Shown: one piece after another, positions 26,748 through 37,252 of the stretch
Numbering within the stretch: the stretch's first letter is position 1
Layout of the letters: each line of letters opens with the position of its first letter
Made by a program: the position numbers and the translations under genes
DNA from: a virus
Taxonomy: Duplodnaviria > Caudoviricetes
DNA length: 52,979 bases
Direction: 5' to 3' (one strand)
IMG/VR virus record: IMGVR_UViG_3300031364_000003
Location: 1-52,979 of that record
Notes under the pieces: generated by a model
The model's input: the letters and a program-made list of their open reading frames with translations, nothing else
What the model was told of the DNA's origin: nothing
Database searches by the model: none

Positions 26748-28622
26748 ATGGCTGATTTAGTAAATAACCTATATGAATTTAGCGATGATACAATGCAAAG
26801 GCTAATGAAAGACCTAAATTACATGTTTACCCATCTTGATGAGAGGAATGTAAAGAGGCTTTATACTGAATATTGTAATATCCAGAGTGAAGATGGTGAA
26901 ACTATAATAACTGGGCCTTTATTAACTATGCGTGCTGAGGATTCAACAACTATAAGACTTAAAATGGGTTGGGATGAAGCTGGCTCTGAGTTTCTATTTA
27001 CACTTTATAGTTCTGATAATGTAGAAGCTATAAAGCTTAATTCTGCTGGAAAAGCTGAATTTAGAGGAAATATGAATACAGATCAGGATATATATGTAGG
27101 TAATAGAATATTTCTAGGCTGGTCTGGGTCTACGCTAATACCTACAGCAACATTGTCAACAAGAGCTATGTATATTATGGAACCAGACACTACGAAATAT
27201 ATGGCTGCTATATATAGTACTAATGTTTCAGCTACTACAGATCAATTCTATGAATTTGAAATGGAATCGTCAGCTCCTATGAATATAACTGCATTAGAAC
27301 GAATGAGAATATATATGTATGCTGGGTATGATGGTGTAAGTACAGCTAGTATTAATAGTACTGATTATATAGATATGGCTGCTTGGAATAATAGAATGTT
27401 TATACAATCATATCCTACCACAGCTAAAGGCTTAATGCTTGGATGGGATGGAGCACAAGTATTTATAGGCATGTTAGATGATTGGGACTGTAAAGTAGTT
27501 AAGGTGGCTAACCTAGAAAAAGATTATGCCGATAGACTTAAGTATTTCTATATGCATAATGTCAGAGCAGCCCCATTATTAACAACATCAGCCGATTTGA
27601 TTACAAATTGTCATTTAGTATCAAGCACACAATATATAGCAAGTACTATAGGAGTTAGGTTATATCCATTAACTACAACGATATCTTATTGCCAGGCTGA
27701 CTATAATTTAGCTACACCACTAGATTTTGAAAATTTTAATGATGGTACAGCAATGACCAGTGATGACAAATTAGTAATGATAGTTTATGTATCCTCAACT
27801 TCTATAATTGGGGAAAATGAAGACAAAGTTTATTTCAGATGTGGCAATTCATCAGACGTAGGATGGAGTTTCGTAACCTCTAATATAAACTTTGTCTCAG
27901 GGTGGAATTTTATAATACAGCCTTATTCACCAGATAGTATAGAAGGAGTCCCTGTAATGTCAGCAGTTACCTGGGCAAGATATGGGTTTCATGGTGGCAA
28001 TACTACAACTGCCTATGTAATTATAGATTATGTAGGTGTCATTAGAGCTAATAGCACAGATGCTACAGTTTCTAACCCATTTGTTAGAAATTATAATTCT
28101 ACAGAATATAACCAATGGGAGTCATATGCTGGCGCTGTAATGCTTGAAAATGCTGGGAAGCCTGCAATAGTACCTATTAATATAGATACTTATTGGGAGT
28201 ATGACACATATATAGATGGGCCTGTCCAGGATTTCGAGTTTGAATTAGATTCATTTACCATAGCAAGCAATTATATGCCTACAGTATCAGCATATATTGA
28301 TGCAGATAATTATGTATTTGCTAGGGTAAGCTCAGGAACTCTTAGATTATCTGGGAAAGTTATAGGGTCTACATTTGGAAGGACTATTAATTGTGATGCA
28401 TTTTCAAGTTTTAAGAATTCAAAAATTAAGTTAAAAAGGCAATTAGCTACATGGACAGCAAGTTTTGAAGTAACTACAGATCCAATGACATATAGAGAAA
28501 TTGCTATGTATAATGGCCCAGGTTCAAATTGGAGTCAATATGCATGGATATATATAGGCCATGAGGATTGGGATATAGGTTCAAGAATAACAGGGATGAA
28601 ACTTAAATCCTATACAGTCTAG
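26748..28622 (+). CDS. Tail fibre or receptor-binding-like protein
   Basis: N-terminal L.YMF.HLDE.N followed by beta-rich domains; tail context. Confidence 0.6.
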   Translation: MADLVNNLYEFSDDTMQRLMKDLNYMFTHLDERNVKRLYTEYCNIQSEDGETIITGPLLTMRAEDSTTIRLKMGWDEAGSEFLFTLYSSDNVEAIKLNSAGKAEFRGNMNTDQDIYVGNRIFLGWSGSTLIPTATLSTRAMYIMEPDTTKYMAAIYSTNVSATTDQFYEFEMESSAPMNITALERMRIYMYAGYDGVSTASINSTDYIDMAAWNNRMFIQSYPTTAKGLMLGWDGAQVFIGMLDDWDCKVVKVANLEKDYADRLKYFYMHNVRAAPLLTTSADLITNCHLVSSTQYIASTIGVRLYPLTTTISYCQADYNLATPLDFENFNDGTAMTSDDKLVMIVYVSSTSIIGENEDKVYFRCGNSSDVGWSFVTSNINFVSGWNFIIQPYSPDSIEGVPVMSAVTWARYGFHGGNTTTAYVIIDYVGVIRANSTDATVSNPFVRNYNSTEYNQWESYAGAVMLENAGKPAIVPINIDTYWEYDTYIDGPVQDFEFELDSFTIASNYMPTVSAYIDADNYVFARVSSGTLRLSGKVIGSTFGRTINCDAFSSFKNSKIKLKRQLATWTASFEVTTDPMTYREIAMYNGPGSNWSQYAWIYIGHEDWDIGSRITGMKLKSYTV

Positions 28623-28633
28623 GAGGTGATAGC

Positions 28634-30082
28634 GTGCCAACATATCAAGAAATACTTAGTAATTTAAACCAAGGACTAGCATCTCAGAACTTTAGCCAAT
28701 ATGCAAGTGGATATGGAGTTCCAGTTACATATAATCAGGATGTCAATAGACTTTTAGTTGGCGGTAACCCTGTAGACATTGAAAACTCTGGGCTACAGGT
28801 TCAAAATGGGCAGCTTATCGGTTCTGAAACAGCATATCAGCAGCTATTAGCTCCGTTTCTAGAGAAACAAACAGGAGAGGTGCTGCAAACCAAGGCATAT
28901 GAAACTCCTGAATATATAAAGCAATTCATAAAAGATATGGCACAACAGCAATTAGCCCCATGGAACTATAATATTGATGAAGACCCTAGTGTTCAGGCAG
29001 CTAGAGCACAGCTTGAGCAATCTATGTCTGAATTAGCTGGGAAACGTGGGTTTTTATATGGTACAGCTCAACAGGATATAGTACAACAGGAGTTTTCCAA
29101 AATAGCCCCATATTTTGAGGAAGTTGCATACCAGAAGAATAAAGACTTCTTAAGTAGACAAATGGAGCTTGCGGGAGTTGTCATGCAATGGGATGATATG
29201 CAGGCACAAAGAAAAATGAAAGAAGCTGAACTCATCCAGATGAAAGCTGATTTCATGATGCAGCTCAGTGCTAGAGATTTAGAGATATTTAAAGTTCTTC
29301 TATCTAATAGACGGTTTGAGATGGAATTAGCTCTAGATCAACAGAAATTTGATATGGAGAAAAAAGAAGCAGATATAGAAAAAGCTTGGAGATCAGTAAA
29401 TGAATTGGGCTATGCGAATAATGAAACAGCTCAGATACTTGGCATTAAACCAGGTACAGAAGCGGGCTGGGTAAAGAAAATGATAGCTCAACATCAAATG
29501 GAAATGTCAACTATGGCAGAGCAGCATAAATATGATCTTAAGATGCTCCAGGTTAATAAGAAAATAGAAATGGACTTATTAAAAGAACAGGATAGAGTAA
29601 ATACAGCTTCACAACTGAGATTAATGGAGATTGAATACGGTTATAATGTATCATTAGAAAATTTAAAAGAGAAAAATAAAAGAGAATATGAAGCTAAACT
29701 AAAGGCAGAGGCAGAGGCTAAAGCTAAACAGGCAGAATTAGAAGCTAAAGCAGAGGCAGAATCTAAAGCTGCTGAGGCAGCTAGGCTAGATTCAGAAGAT
29801 AGAATGTATAATATGGCAAAAAATGCTATGAAAGGGGTATATGGGACTTATCCATCGGCAGCTAACAAAGCTGGAGCAACTCAGCTTCTATATAATCTGT
29901 ATAAAAATGGTGAGATAAGCAATCCTGTGTACAACAGGCTTATATATGAATATAGACTCCCAGATTATACGCCTTCTCCTATAGGATATGACTGGGGTAC
30001 AGGTGAACAGATGTATTATAATGGTGCTGAAACAGTTAGTGCTACAGACTACGCAAGCCAAATGAAAGCTTTAGGATACTAA
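28634..30082 (+). CDS. Internal virion / DNA ejection protein (paralog of the next gene)
   Basis: Q/E-rich coiled coil; GTG start with AGGAGGTG SD. Confidence 0.65.
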   Translation: MPTYQEILSNLNQGLASQNFSQYASGYGVPVTYNQDVNRLLVGGNPVDIENSGLQVQNGQLIGSETAYQQLLAPFLEKQTGEVLQTKAYETPEYIKQFIKDMAQQQLAPWNYNIDEDPSVQAARAQLEQSMSELAGKRGFLYGTAQQDIVQQEFSKIAPYFEEVAYQKNKDFLSRQMELAGVVMQWDDMQAQRKMKEAELIQMKADFMMQLSARDLEIFKVLLSNRRFEMELALDQQKFDMEKKEADIEKAWRSVNELGYANNETAQILGIKPGTEAGWVKKMIAQHQMEMSTMAEQHKYDLKMLQVNKKIEMDLLKEQDRVNTASQLRLMEIEYGYNVSLENLKEKNKREYEAKLKAEAEAKAKQAELEAKAEAESKAAEAARLDSEDRMYNMAKNAMKGVYGTYPSAANKAGATQLLYNLYKNGEISNPVYNRLIYEYRLPDYTPSPIGYDWGTGEQMYYNGAETVSATDYASQMKALGY

Positions 30083-30095
30083 GGGGGGTGTATTT

Positions 30096-31973
30096 ATGGC
30101 ATCAAGCTTGCAGGAACTAATAACACAGCTTACCGAAACTGAGGGGATGAATACACAACCTACAGAGTCTTTATTAGCTGCATTGGATGCAACTCAGAAT
30201 AGCCCTTATAAATTCGGTGATTGGGCACAGCAGCAAGGATATACATACGAATATAGTTCTGCTAATGATATACATAAGATAAATAATATAGAGCTTGGTT
30301 CTGATGTTAGCTCAAGTTTAAAAGAGGGCTATGGGACAGAACAAACATATAAAAATATTATAGAAAAATATAATCAGATGGCAGCAGACCAACAGAAAGT
30401 TTTACAGGAAGCTGCACAACCTACAGCTACTCAACCAACCGCTACTACAGAGACACAGACTACCCCAGAAGAGGGGGAATATGTATCTCCATATCAAGAG
30501 CAGATACAGTCTTTGCTAGACCAGTTACAGAATATAACGCCATACCAGACACCGGAAGAACTAGAACAATATCTTCTTAACCTATTGAACTCGGCTAACC
30601 AGCCTTTTACATATGACCCTACTCAGGATGCAGCTCTAAAGATTGCACAGCAAGAAGCGCAAAGACAAGTGAGAGAGGGACAAGGAACTAAAGGAGTTTT
30701 ATATAGTTCAGCTACTATATCTAATATAGCTAAAGCCGAAGGTGCTCTAGTCCCAGAATATGAGCTTAAATCATATCAAAGGTTTGCAGACGAGAAGAAT
30801 AGGCAGATACAGATGATGACAACTCTAATGCAGTGGGATGAGCTACAGGCTAATAGATATTATGACCAGGTTCAACTTATACAGACTAAGTTTGACTATA
30901 TCATGAACCTAGACCAGTTAGGCTTTGAAAAGTTCCAGGTAATGTTAGAACAAAGACAATTCCAGAAAGAGTATGAATTAGAACTACAGCAACTACAGTT
31001 ACAACAGCAAATTCAAGACATAGAAGAACAATACAAAAGAGTTGATGCATTAGGATATGTAGATAATAAAGCTTCTGTAATACTTGGAATAGATGTAGGA
31101 ACTAAAGCTCAATGGGTTAAAGAACTTGAATTACAGCAACAGCAAGAGTTTGAAAGAATAAAGAAAGAATATGAAAATTCTAAAAAGCTTCAAACAGAAC
31201 AGGCTAAAATAGACAAAGCTTTAATAGCTTATAAAAACAGTCTGGAAGAAGCAACTAACAAAAAGTTAATGCAGGAACAATATAAACTGGACAAAAAGCT
31301 TCTTGAAGAACAACATAGACTAGAAATGGGTGGAGCTACAGGTTCAGGTGCAGGTGTTGTTTCAGTTGCTAAGTCAAACCTTGGCATTAAATATGTTTAT
31401 GGTGGAACCTCAGTAACTAAAGGGATGGATTGTTCAGCATTCACACAATATGTAATGAAGCAAAACGGCATATCTATTGCAAGGACATCAGCCGATCAAG
31501 CTAAAGGAGGAACAAAAGTTTCATGGAACAACTTGCAACCTGGTGATTTAGTATTCTTCAACACTATATCAGGAAACGGCAAGAGCGTAGACCATGTTGG
31601 GATTTATATAGGCAATGGTAAAATGATTCATTCATCTTCAAGCAATGGGAAAACTGTAGAAGTAAATATGAACACAAGCTACTGGAAAGGTATATTTACT
31701 ACAGCTAAGAGATATACTAAGACATCGGGAGCAACAAGTTCTGGAACAGGTAGTTCTAGCGGACATAATAGTTCAGAATATAGTACTAGGGCTATACAGT
31801 ATGCATTAACTAAAGCTGGATACAGCCTTGATATTGATGGAAGCTATGGCCCAGCAACAACAGCAGCAGTTAAAGCATTCCAGAAAAAATATGGGCTTAC
31901 AGTAGACGGTAATGTAGGGCCTAAAACACAGGCTAAGATGGAATCGCTCAAGTTATTTGGGACAAATTATTAA
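30096..31973 (+). CDS. Internal virion protein with NlpC/P60 peptidase and peptidoglycan-binding domain
   Basis: YVYGG..GMDCSAF, LQPGDLVFF, HVGIYIG; DGSYGPATTAAVKAFQ..GL.VDG.VGP.T. Confidence 0.9.
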   Translation: MASSLQELITQLTETEGMNTQPTESLLAALDATQNSPYKFGDWAQQQGYTYEYSSANDIHKINNIELGSDVSSSLKEGYGTEQTYKNIIEKYNQMAADQQKVLQEAAQPTATQPTATTETQTTPEEGEYVSPYQEQIQSLLDQLQNITPYQTPEELEQYLLNLLNSANQPFTYDPTQDAALKIAQQEAQRQVREGQGTKGVLYSSATISNIAKAEGALVPEYELKSYQRFADEKNRQIQMMTTLMQWDELQANRYYDQVQLIQTKFDYIMNLDQLGFEKFQVMLEQRQFQKEYELELQQLQLQQQIQDIEEQYKRVDALGYVDNKASVILGIDVGTKAQWVKELELQQQQEFERIKKEYENSKKLQTEQAKIDKALIAYKNSLEEATNKKLMQEQYKLDKKLLEEQHRLEMGGATGSGAGVVSVAKSNLGIKYVYGGTSVTKGMDCSAFTQYVMKQNGISIARTSADQAKGGTKVSWNNLQPGDLVFFNTISGNGKSVDHVGIYIGNGKMIHSSSSNGKTVEVNMNTSYWKGIFTTAKRYTKTSGATSSGTGSSSGHNSSEYSTRAIQYALTKAGYSLDIDGSYGPATTAAVKAFQKKYGLTVDGNVGPKTQAKMESLKLFGTNY

Positions 31974-32009
31974 AACTTGGGACAAATTACTATATACTGG
32001 GACAAATTA
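31958..32009 (+). repeat. Three copies of TGGGACAAATTA at 20-bp period
   Basis: Copies start at 31958, 31978 and 31998. Confidence 0.9.
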
Positions 32010-32031
32010 TCAGAAATAAGGGGGTGTATTT

Positions 32032-35000
32032 ATGGCATGGTATGACTTATTCGAATATGAAAATTCAGCAGATACATATATTAGGTTTGAGGAACAGAGA
32101 AGAAAAGATGCAGAAAAACAGCAGAGAATTAAAGACTATAGAAACCAATATGGCCTTGATGAATATATACGGGGTGGAAGCTATGGCTCGCAGGAACAGC
32201 CTACGTATGGTGTAGATTCTATGAAGACTAGAGATGAATACACTTATAATAAAGAAACATTTTTCAAGAATCTTAAAGAACCAGACTTTAGCAAGACAGA
32301 GAAAATAAAAACAGAAAAGCCTAAAGCCTCTTTTGGTACACATCTAATGATTATGCAGGCTACTCCACTCCCTAAGCCAATGAAGGTATACAAGTATAAG
32401 ACAATAAATATTGAAGATGGAGCCGAAGTTATTACTCCTCAAAAAGAAATAGAAGTTTGTGGCGAAAATGAACATAATTTCTATTATCTTACAAAGGATG
32501 GAGTAAAAAGTGTTGCTAAAAATGAGTGTTCATTACAGAAGATAGACCCAGATCAGCTAAAAGAAATGTACCAAACACAGATGAATAAGTTAGCTAAGAA
32601 AATTGTACAGTCAGATATAGGTAAGGCTGTATTTAAACCAGCCCCAGAGAAGACTAATATGCAAAAAACAAAAGAAGCTATAAACTGGGCAGGTAAACAG
32701 GCATCAGAAGCAGGAATGACAGCATTAGCAGCAGCAGGCGAAAAACTTATGGCCCCTTTCACCTGGGTTAGTGACAGGCTTATAGAATCAGGTGGTAAGA
32801 CTACTTACGCTACAGACAAAGAATATTATGAACCTGTAGAGATACAGCTTAAAAATGGGGTTCCTGATAAAGAAGCTCTTAAAAAAATAGATAAAAAAAC
32901 TAAAATGGTTGAAAAAATTACACCTTGGAAAAGAACTAAGATGCTATTTGGCAGTATTGTAGAACTTATAGAAAAATCAACAGAAGGTTATGGATCATTT
33001 ACTACGGCCGGGAAAATGGAAAAGTTCGGAAGAAAGAAAGAAGGAAAGCCACTAAAAGATGAACCATACAAAAGAGAATATAATTATCCACCTGGATTTA
33101 GCAAGGAAACAGATGCTCTAATGCAAGGCAAAAGTAAAGAAGAAGTTGCAGCAGCAAGAGAAGAAGATAGTAAAAGATTTATAAACGCTGTCCTAGACAG
33201 ACCTTTAGATACTAAACTTGATAAATCTGAAACCGTTGGTAGAGTTGCTGGTGAAATGGGAGCTTTAGTTGCTGAAATAATGATAGCGCATAAGATAACA
33301 AGTGGCTCAAGTGCAAAAGGTATCATGAAAAGACTTTTAGATGCTGGTACATCTGGAAGTATAATAGGGTTCATGGATAAGCTTAGAGAACGTGATGCCG
33401 AGGTAGTAGATACAATAAGAAATATGGCTAAAGAATCAGCATTTTTCTTTGCTGGTGGTGAAGCGTCTGAAAAATTAGGCGGCTTAGTAAAAGGGAAGTC
33501 GCTAGGTAAAAAACTTTTAAAAGGTGGCTTGGAATCTGTTGGATTTGGTGCAGGTGGAACATTAGGAAGCTGGCCTTTTAAAGACGAGGATGAAAGAAAA
33601 CTGGGGAACTCGGTTAAAGAAATGGCATTTATGATAGGAGTTGATGTAGGACTTAAGATTCTAACTCGTGGGCCTGGAGCTATAAGTAAAGCTTTAGTAG
33701 AAAAACTTACTAAAGAAGCTGAGGAGAAAATAGAAACTAAGGCTACAGAAACTTTGGCCCAAAAACTAGAATCTAAAGCAGCAGCAACAAAGAGCAGTAG
33801 AGTAATGACAGCTGAGGAAGCTAAAGCATCTAAAATTTTTGCTAAAACAGGAGTCGAAGAAACAGCTACTAAAAGAATTGCTAAAAAAGCTGAGGAGAAA
33901 ATAGAAACTAAGGCTACAGAAACTTTAGCTAAAAAACTAGAATCTAAAGCAGCAGCAACAAAGAGCAGTAGAGTAATGACACCAGGTGAAGTAAAGAAAG
34001 CTGGGCTTGTGTCCAAGACAGGGGTTAAAAGAGCTGACCTATATCCTAAGAAGCTAGAGCCAAAAGCTAAGGCTGAAAAGTCGATACGGACAGAATCACA
34101 GAAGAAAAGAATATCAAAGGTTATAGAATCTAAAGAATCTAAAGCTCTGTCACGGACAGAGTTTGAAAAGAAATATAAACTTGATACTCCAATTAAAAAA
34201 ATACCAGTTAAAGAAAGAGCAGCCGAAGCAAATAAAAGATATAAAAAATTAGTAAATGATATAGGTGGGAAAATAGTTAAGAGAGAGGGTACAAAAGATA
34301 TCAAACAAATATTTGAAAGCTATGATAAGAAATACAAGCTCACAGGTGAAGGGCAGAAAGTAAATATTAAATACACTCTTTCTGGGGATAGCCGGTATGC
34401 ACGCCTTGAAACTAGAGGCAAGACAACTAATATCCTACTTAATCCTGAGAAATCCATATATGAACAGGTAGCTGGGTTAAGACATGAGATAGAGCACATG
34501 CTTGACAAGAGAGCTGGATATACGAAGGTAACTAAGAAGGTAACAGGTGCTAAAACTATAGCTGACTATATGTCAAAGCCTGGGCATCATCAGAAATATA
34601 AAAACTTTGAAATTGAGTATTTGCAGAACATATATAACAAAGAATCCGGAATAAAGCCTATAGAAAATGTGTTAGCTCAAAAAGAGGAAATGTCAGCTTA
34701 TGGAACTGGGACTAAATTCTCTAAACAGAAGATCAAGAAAACTAATAACCAACAGATCACGACTGCAACAAATCTTCCTGAATACATAGAACCTGCGAAA
34801 ACTACAGGGCAAAAAGTTAAAGACTATTTCAAAAGGCAATATACATATTGGATTAATAGCAGACAAGGTCTTGATGAAACAGGTAAATATGTTAAATACA
34901 CTTCCCAGAATTATACAAGACATCATGCTACAGCAGAACATATAGTTACAGAAAATATGGTCGGTAGAGATGGGAAAGTTATAGGTAAATCTGTCAAAGA

Positions 35001-37251
35001 TATTATCGTAGCTCCAAAAGGCCTACAGGCAGAATGGGAAAGCTATATCCTCCATCTTAACCATATGGCTGGATTAGCTCAAGGTAAACCTGTTCTTGGT
35101 GCTCCTGGTGGAGGTGCACTGTCTGGGTCAGAAACTAAAAAAATTATAGCAGAATACGAAACTAGATATCCAGAGTTTAAGACTCAGATGAAAGAAGTAC
35201 AACAGTTCTTCCAGGACTTTGGTCAGGAATGGCTTGTAGATAGTGGGATTATAACACAGAAAGAATTTAATTCCATGAGATTCCTAAACAAGAACTATGT
35301 ACCTAAGTATAGAGAGCTTGAGAAAGTAATGTCTCTAGCAAAAGGGCTACATATAGTTGGTGCTTCTAAAGGAATAAAGAAATCTGTAGGTGGAGTAGAC
35401 CAGCTTAAGCCTCTAACTGAGTCAATACCACAATATGTAGAAGGTATAGTTAAGGTAGTACGTAAAAACCAGGTACATCAAGAATTAGCAAATGCAATAG
35501 CTATAAACCCTATAGAGATGCAAAAATATGCTCAATTTGTAAATGTGAATAAGATAACTAATAAGACATTGAAAACTAAAATATCAGGGCTGCTGTCAAA
35601 AGGTGACCTAGATAATAAAGTCATGTCTCTATCAGAAACATTAATAGAGGATTCAGCAATAAAGGGCAGATGGGCTGTAGCATTTGATAAAGGTAACCCA
35701 ATACTTATGAAGATAAATGATGAATCTCTCTGGAAAGCTTTGAAAACTATGCATAAGACAGAAGCATCAGGAATAGAAGTGCTGCTAAATGCTATAAATA
35801 AACACGCCTCTAATAAAGTTAAAGGGCTTATAACACATTATAATCCTCTGTTCGCTATAGCTAATGTATGCAGAGATGTGCCATCTGGCTATATATATGG
35901 AAGCAATAATAATCCTATAACCTATACAACTAACTTATTCAGAGCATTTGGAAACGTAATGAAGGATACACTTAAGAACTTTAATATAGGTAAAGGAAGC
36001 CAGAATGAATTATTCCAGCAATATAAAGGCCTTGGTGGCCCAGGTTCTAACATAACCAAAATAGAGGAAGGGCTTTCTAAGGGTGGATGGCAAAAGACTG
36101 TAGATACTATATTCTCTACACTTAACTGGTTTGGGTATGTGTCCGAGACAGTACCAAGGCTTGCAGAGTTTAAATATGTCATGGAAAAGGGAATAAAGAA
36201 AGGTAACTATAGTGAAAGACTTATAGAAGAAGCTCTATATAAATCCGGGGATATTACAGTTAACTTTAGCCGTGGTGGAACCATAGCCAAAGAGGTTGAT
36301 AAGTTGGCTATATATACTAACGCAGGTATACAGGGAGCTAATAAGTTCACCAGAGCTATGATAACTGAGGGTGTAGCTAAAGGTAATTTCTCTACAGTTA
36401 TTAAGTCATTTGGAGTTATGACAGTACCTAGCCTTGCTCTGCATTGGATGTCTTCGAATATATTTGACCAGGATGAATACAGAGCTATACCGGACTATGT
36501 GAAGGATAATAACTATGTAGTCCCTGTAGGTGACGAAACATGGCTTAAGATACCTAAGAACCGTGAAGCTGCATTCATATTTAGCACTGTGTTTGAAAGA
36601 ATGCTAAGGTATCTTGATGGAGATGAAGATGCTTTCAAAAACTTAGATGAAGCAGCCAAACAGACACTAGTTGGCTCTATGACAAGCTGGACAGAAGGTG
36701 GTACAGCATGGCCTTTATGGAATATCAAAGGTGGAGGAAATAAAGACTTCTTTGGGAATTCTATAGAGCCAGAGTGGATGCAGGGTACACGGAGTAAGAG
36801 ATATATAACCAAAGAGAATACATCCTATATATCTAAGAAAGTAGGGCCATTGCTTGAGAAACTGAATCTCTCTCCTGCACAAGCTGACTATCTGATAGAT
36901 TCATATCTTGGATGGATAGGGGATGTGTATTTATCGTTTAACCCACGAAATGAAGGCCTAGGAGCTAAAGATAGATTTATAAAGATAACACATAGAACAT
37001 ACCAGGAATACGGGCAGAAAGCTACTAGTGAATATTATGAAAAGCTAGAGTCTTTAGATAAACAGATAAATGATTTAGAACAGAATTCTGGACTATATGA
37101 ATATAAACAGCAGCTTAAGGATATGGACTATAGCAATAAAGAAATAGGGGAAAGAGTTAAGAACCATATGTCCGGAGTATATTATACACTAGAAGATTTG
37201 AAGGAAGAGAGGAAAAAACTTAAACAAGATTGGAAAGAAAGGAGTGAGTAA
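32032..37251 (+). CDS. Large polyvalent / ejection protein with zincin HExxH motif and LPD38-like C-terminus
   Basis: LRHEIEH; NP.F...N..RD, RLAEF, DITVNFSRGG, Y..IPDY.K, KIPK, SP...DYLI..Y.G. Confidence 0.8.
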   Translation: MAWYDLFEYENSADTYIRFEEQRRKDAEKQQRIKDYRNQYGLDEYIRGGSYGSQEQPTYGVDSMKTRDEYTYNKETFFKNLKEPDFSKTEKIKTEKPKASFGTHLMIMQATPLPKPMKVYKYKTINIEDGAEVITPQKEIEVCGENEHNFYYLTKDGVKSVAKNECSLQKIDPDQLKEMYQTQMNKLAKKIVQSDIGKAVFKPAPEKTNMQKTKEAINWAGKQASEAGMTALAAAGEKLMAPFTWVSDRLIESGGKTTYATDKEYYEPVEIQLKNGVPDKEALKKIDKKTKMVEKITPWKRTKMLFGSIVELIEKSTEGYGSFTTAGKMEKFGRKKEGKPLKDEPYKREYNYPPGFSKETDALMQGKSKEEVAAAREEDSKRFINAVLDRPLDTKLDKSETVGRVAGEMGALVAEIMIAHKITSGSSAKGIMKRLLDAGTSGSIIGFMDKLRERDAEVVDTIRNMAKESAFFFAGGEASEKLGGLVKGKSLGKKLLKGGLESVGFGAGGTLGSWPFKDEDERKLGNSVKEMAFMIGVDVGLKILTRGPGAISKALVEKLTKEAEEKIETKATETLAQKLESKAAATKSSRVMTAEEAKASKIFAKTGVEETATKRIAKKAEEKIETKATETLAKKLESKAAATKSSRVMTPGEVKKAGLVSKTGVKRADLYPKKLEPKAKAEKSIRTESQKKRISKVIESKESKALSRTEFEKKYKLDTPIKKIPVKERAAEANKRYKKLVNDIGGKIVKREGTKDIKQIFESYDKKYKLTGEGQKVNIKYTLSGDSRYARLETRGKTTNILLNPEKSIYEQVAGLRHEIEHMLDKRAGYTKVTKKVTGAKTIADYMSKPGHHQKYKNFEIEYLQNIYNKESGIKPIENVLAQKEEMSAYGTGTKFSKQKIKKTNNQQITTATNLPEYIEPAKTTGQKVKDYFKRQYTYWINSRQGLDETGKYVKYTSQNYTRHHATAEHIVTENMVGRDGKVIGKSVKDIIVAPKGLQAEWESYILHLNHMAGLAQGKPVLGAPGGGALSGSETKKIIAEYETRYPEFKTQMKEVQQFFQDFGQEWLVDSGIITQKEFNSMRFLNKNYVPKYRELEKVMSLAKGLHIVGASKGIKKSVGGVDQLKPLTESIPQYVEGIVKVVRKNQVHQELANAIAINPIEMQKYAQFVNVNKITNKTLKTKISGLLSKGDLDNKVMSLSETLIEDSAIKGRWAVAFDKGNPILMKINDESLWKALKTMHKTEASGIEVLLNAINKHASNKVKGLITHYNPLFAIANVCRDVPSGYIYGSNNNPITYTTNLFRAFGNVMKDTLKNFNIGKGSQNELFQQYKGLGGPGSNITKIEEGLSKGGWQKTVDTIFSTLNWFGYVSETVPRLAEFKYVMEKGIKKGNYSERLIEEALYKSGDITVNFSRGGTIAKEVDKLAIYTNAGIQGANKFTRAMITEGVAKGNFSTVIKSFGVMTVPSLALHWMSSNIFDQDEYRAIPDYVKDNNYVVPVGDETWLKIPKNREAAFIFSTVFERMLRYLDGDEDAFKNLDEAAKQTLVGSMTSWTEGGTAWPLWNIKGGGNKDFFGNSIEPEWMQGTRSKRYITKENTSYISKKVGPLLEKLNLSPAQADYLIDSYLGWIGDVYLSFNPRNEGLGAKDRFIKITHRTYQEYGQKATSEYYEKLESLDKQINDLEQNSGLYEYKQQLKDMDYSNKEIGERVKNHMSGVYYTLEDLKEERKKLKQDWKERSE
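33716..33981 (+). repeat. Intragenic 95-bp near-identical duplication (period 171 bp)
   Basis: 33716-33810 and 33887-33981 both encode AEEKIETKATETLA.KLESKAAATKSSRVMT. Confidence 0.9.
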
Positions 37252-37252
37252 T

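Noticed and set aside
33084-34304. 406-aa minus-strand ORF
   Set aside because: Antisense shadow of the Lys/Glu/Ala-rich giant protein; low-complexity S/L/F composition
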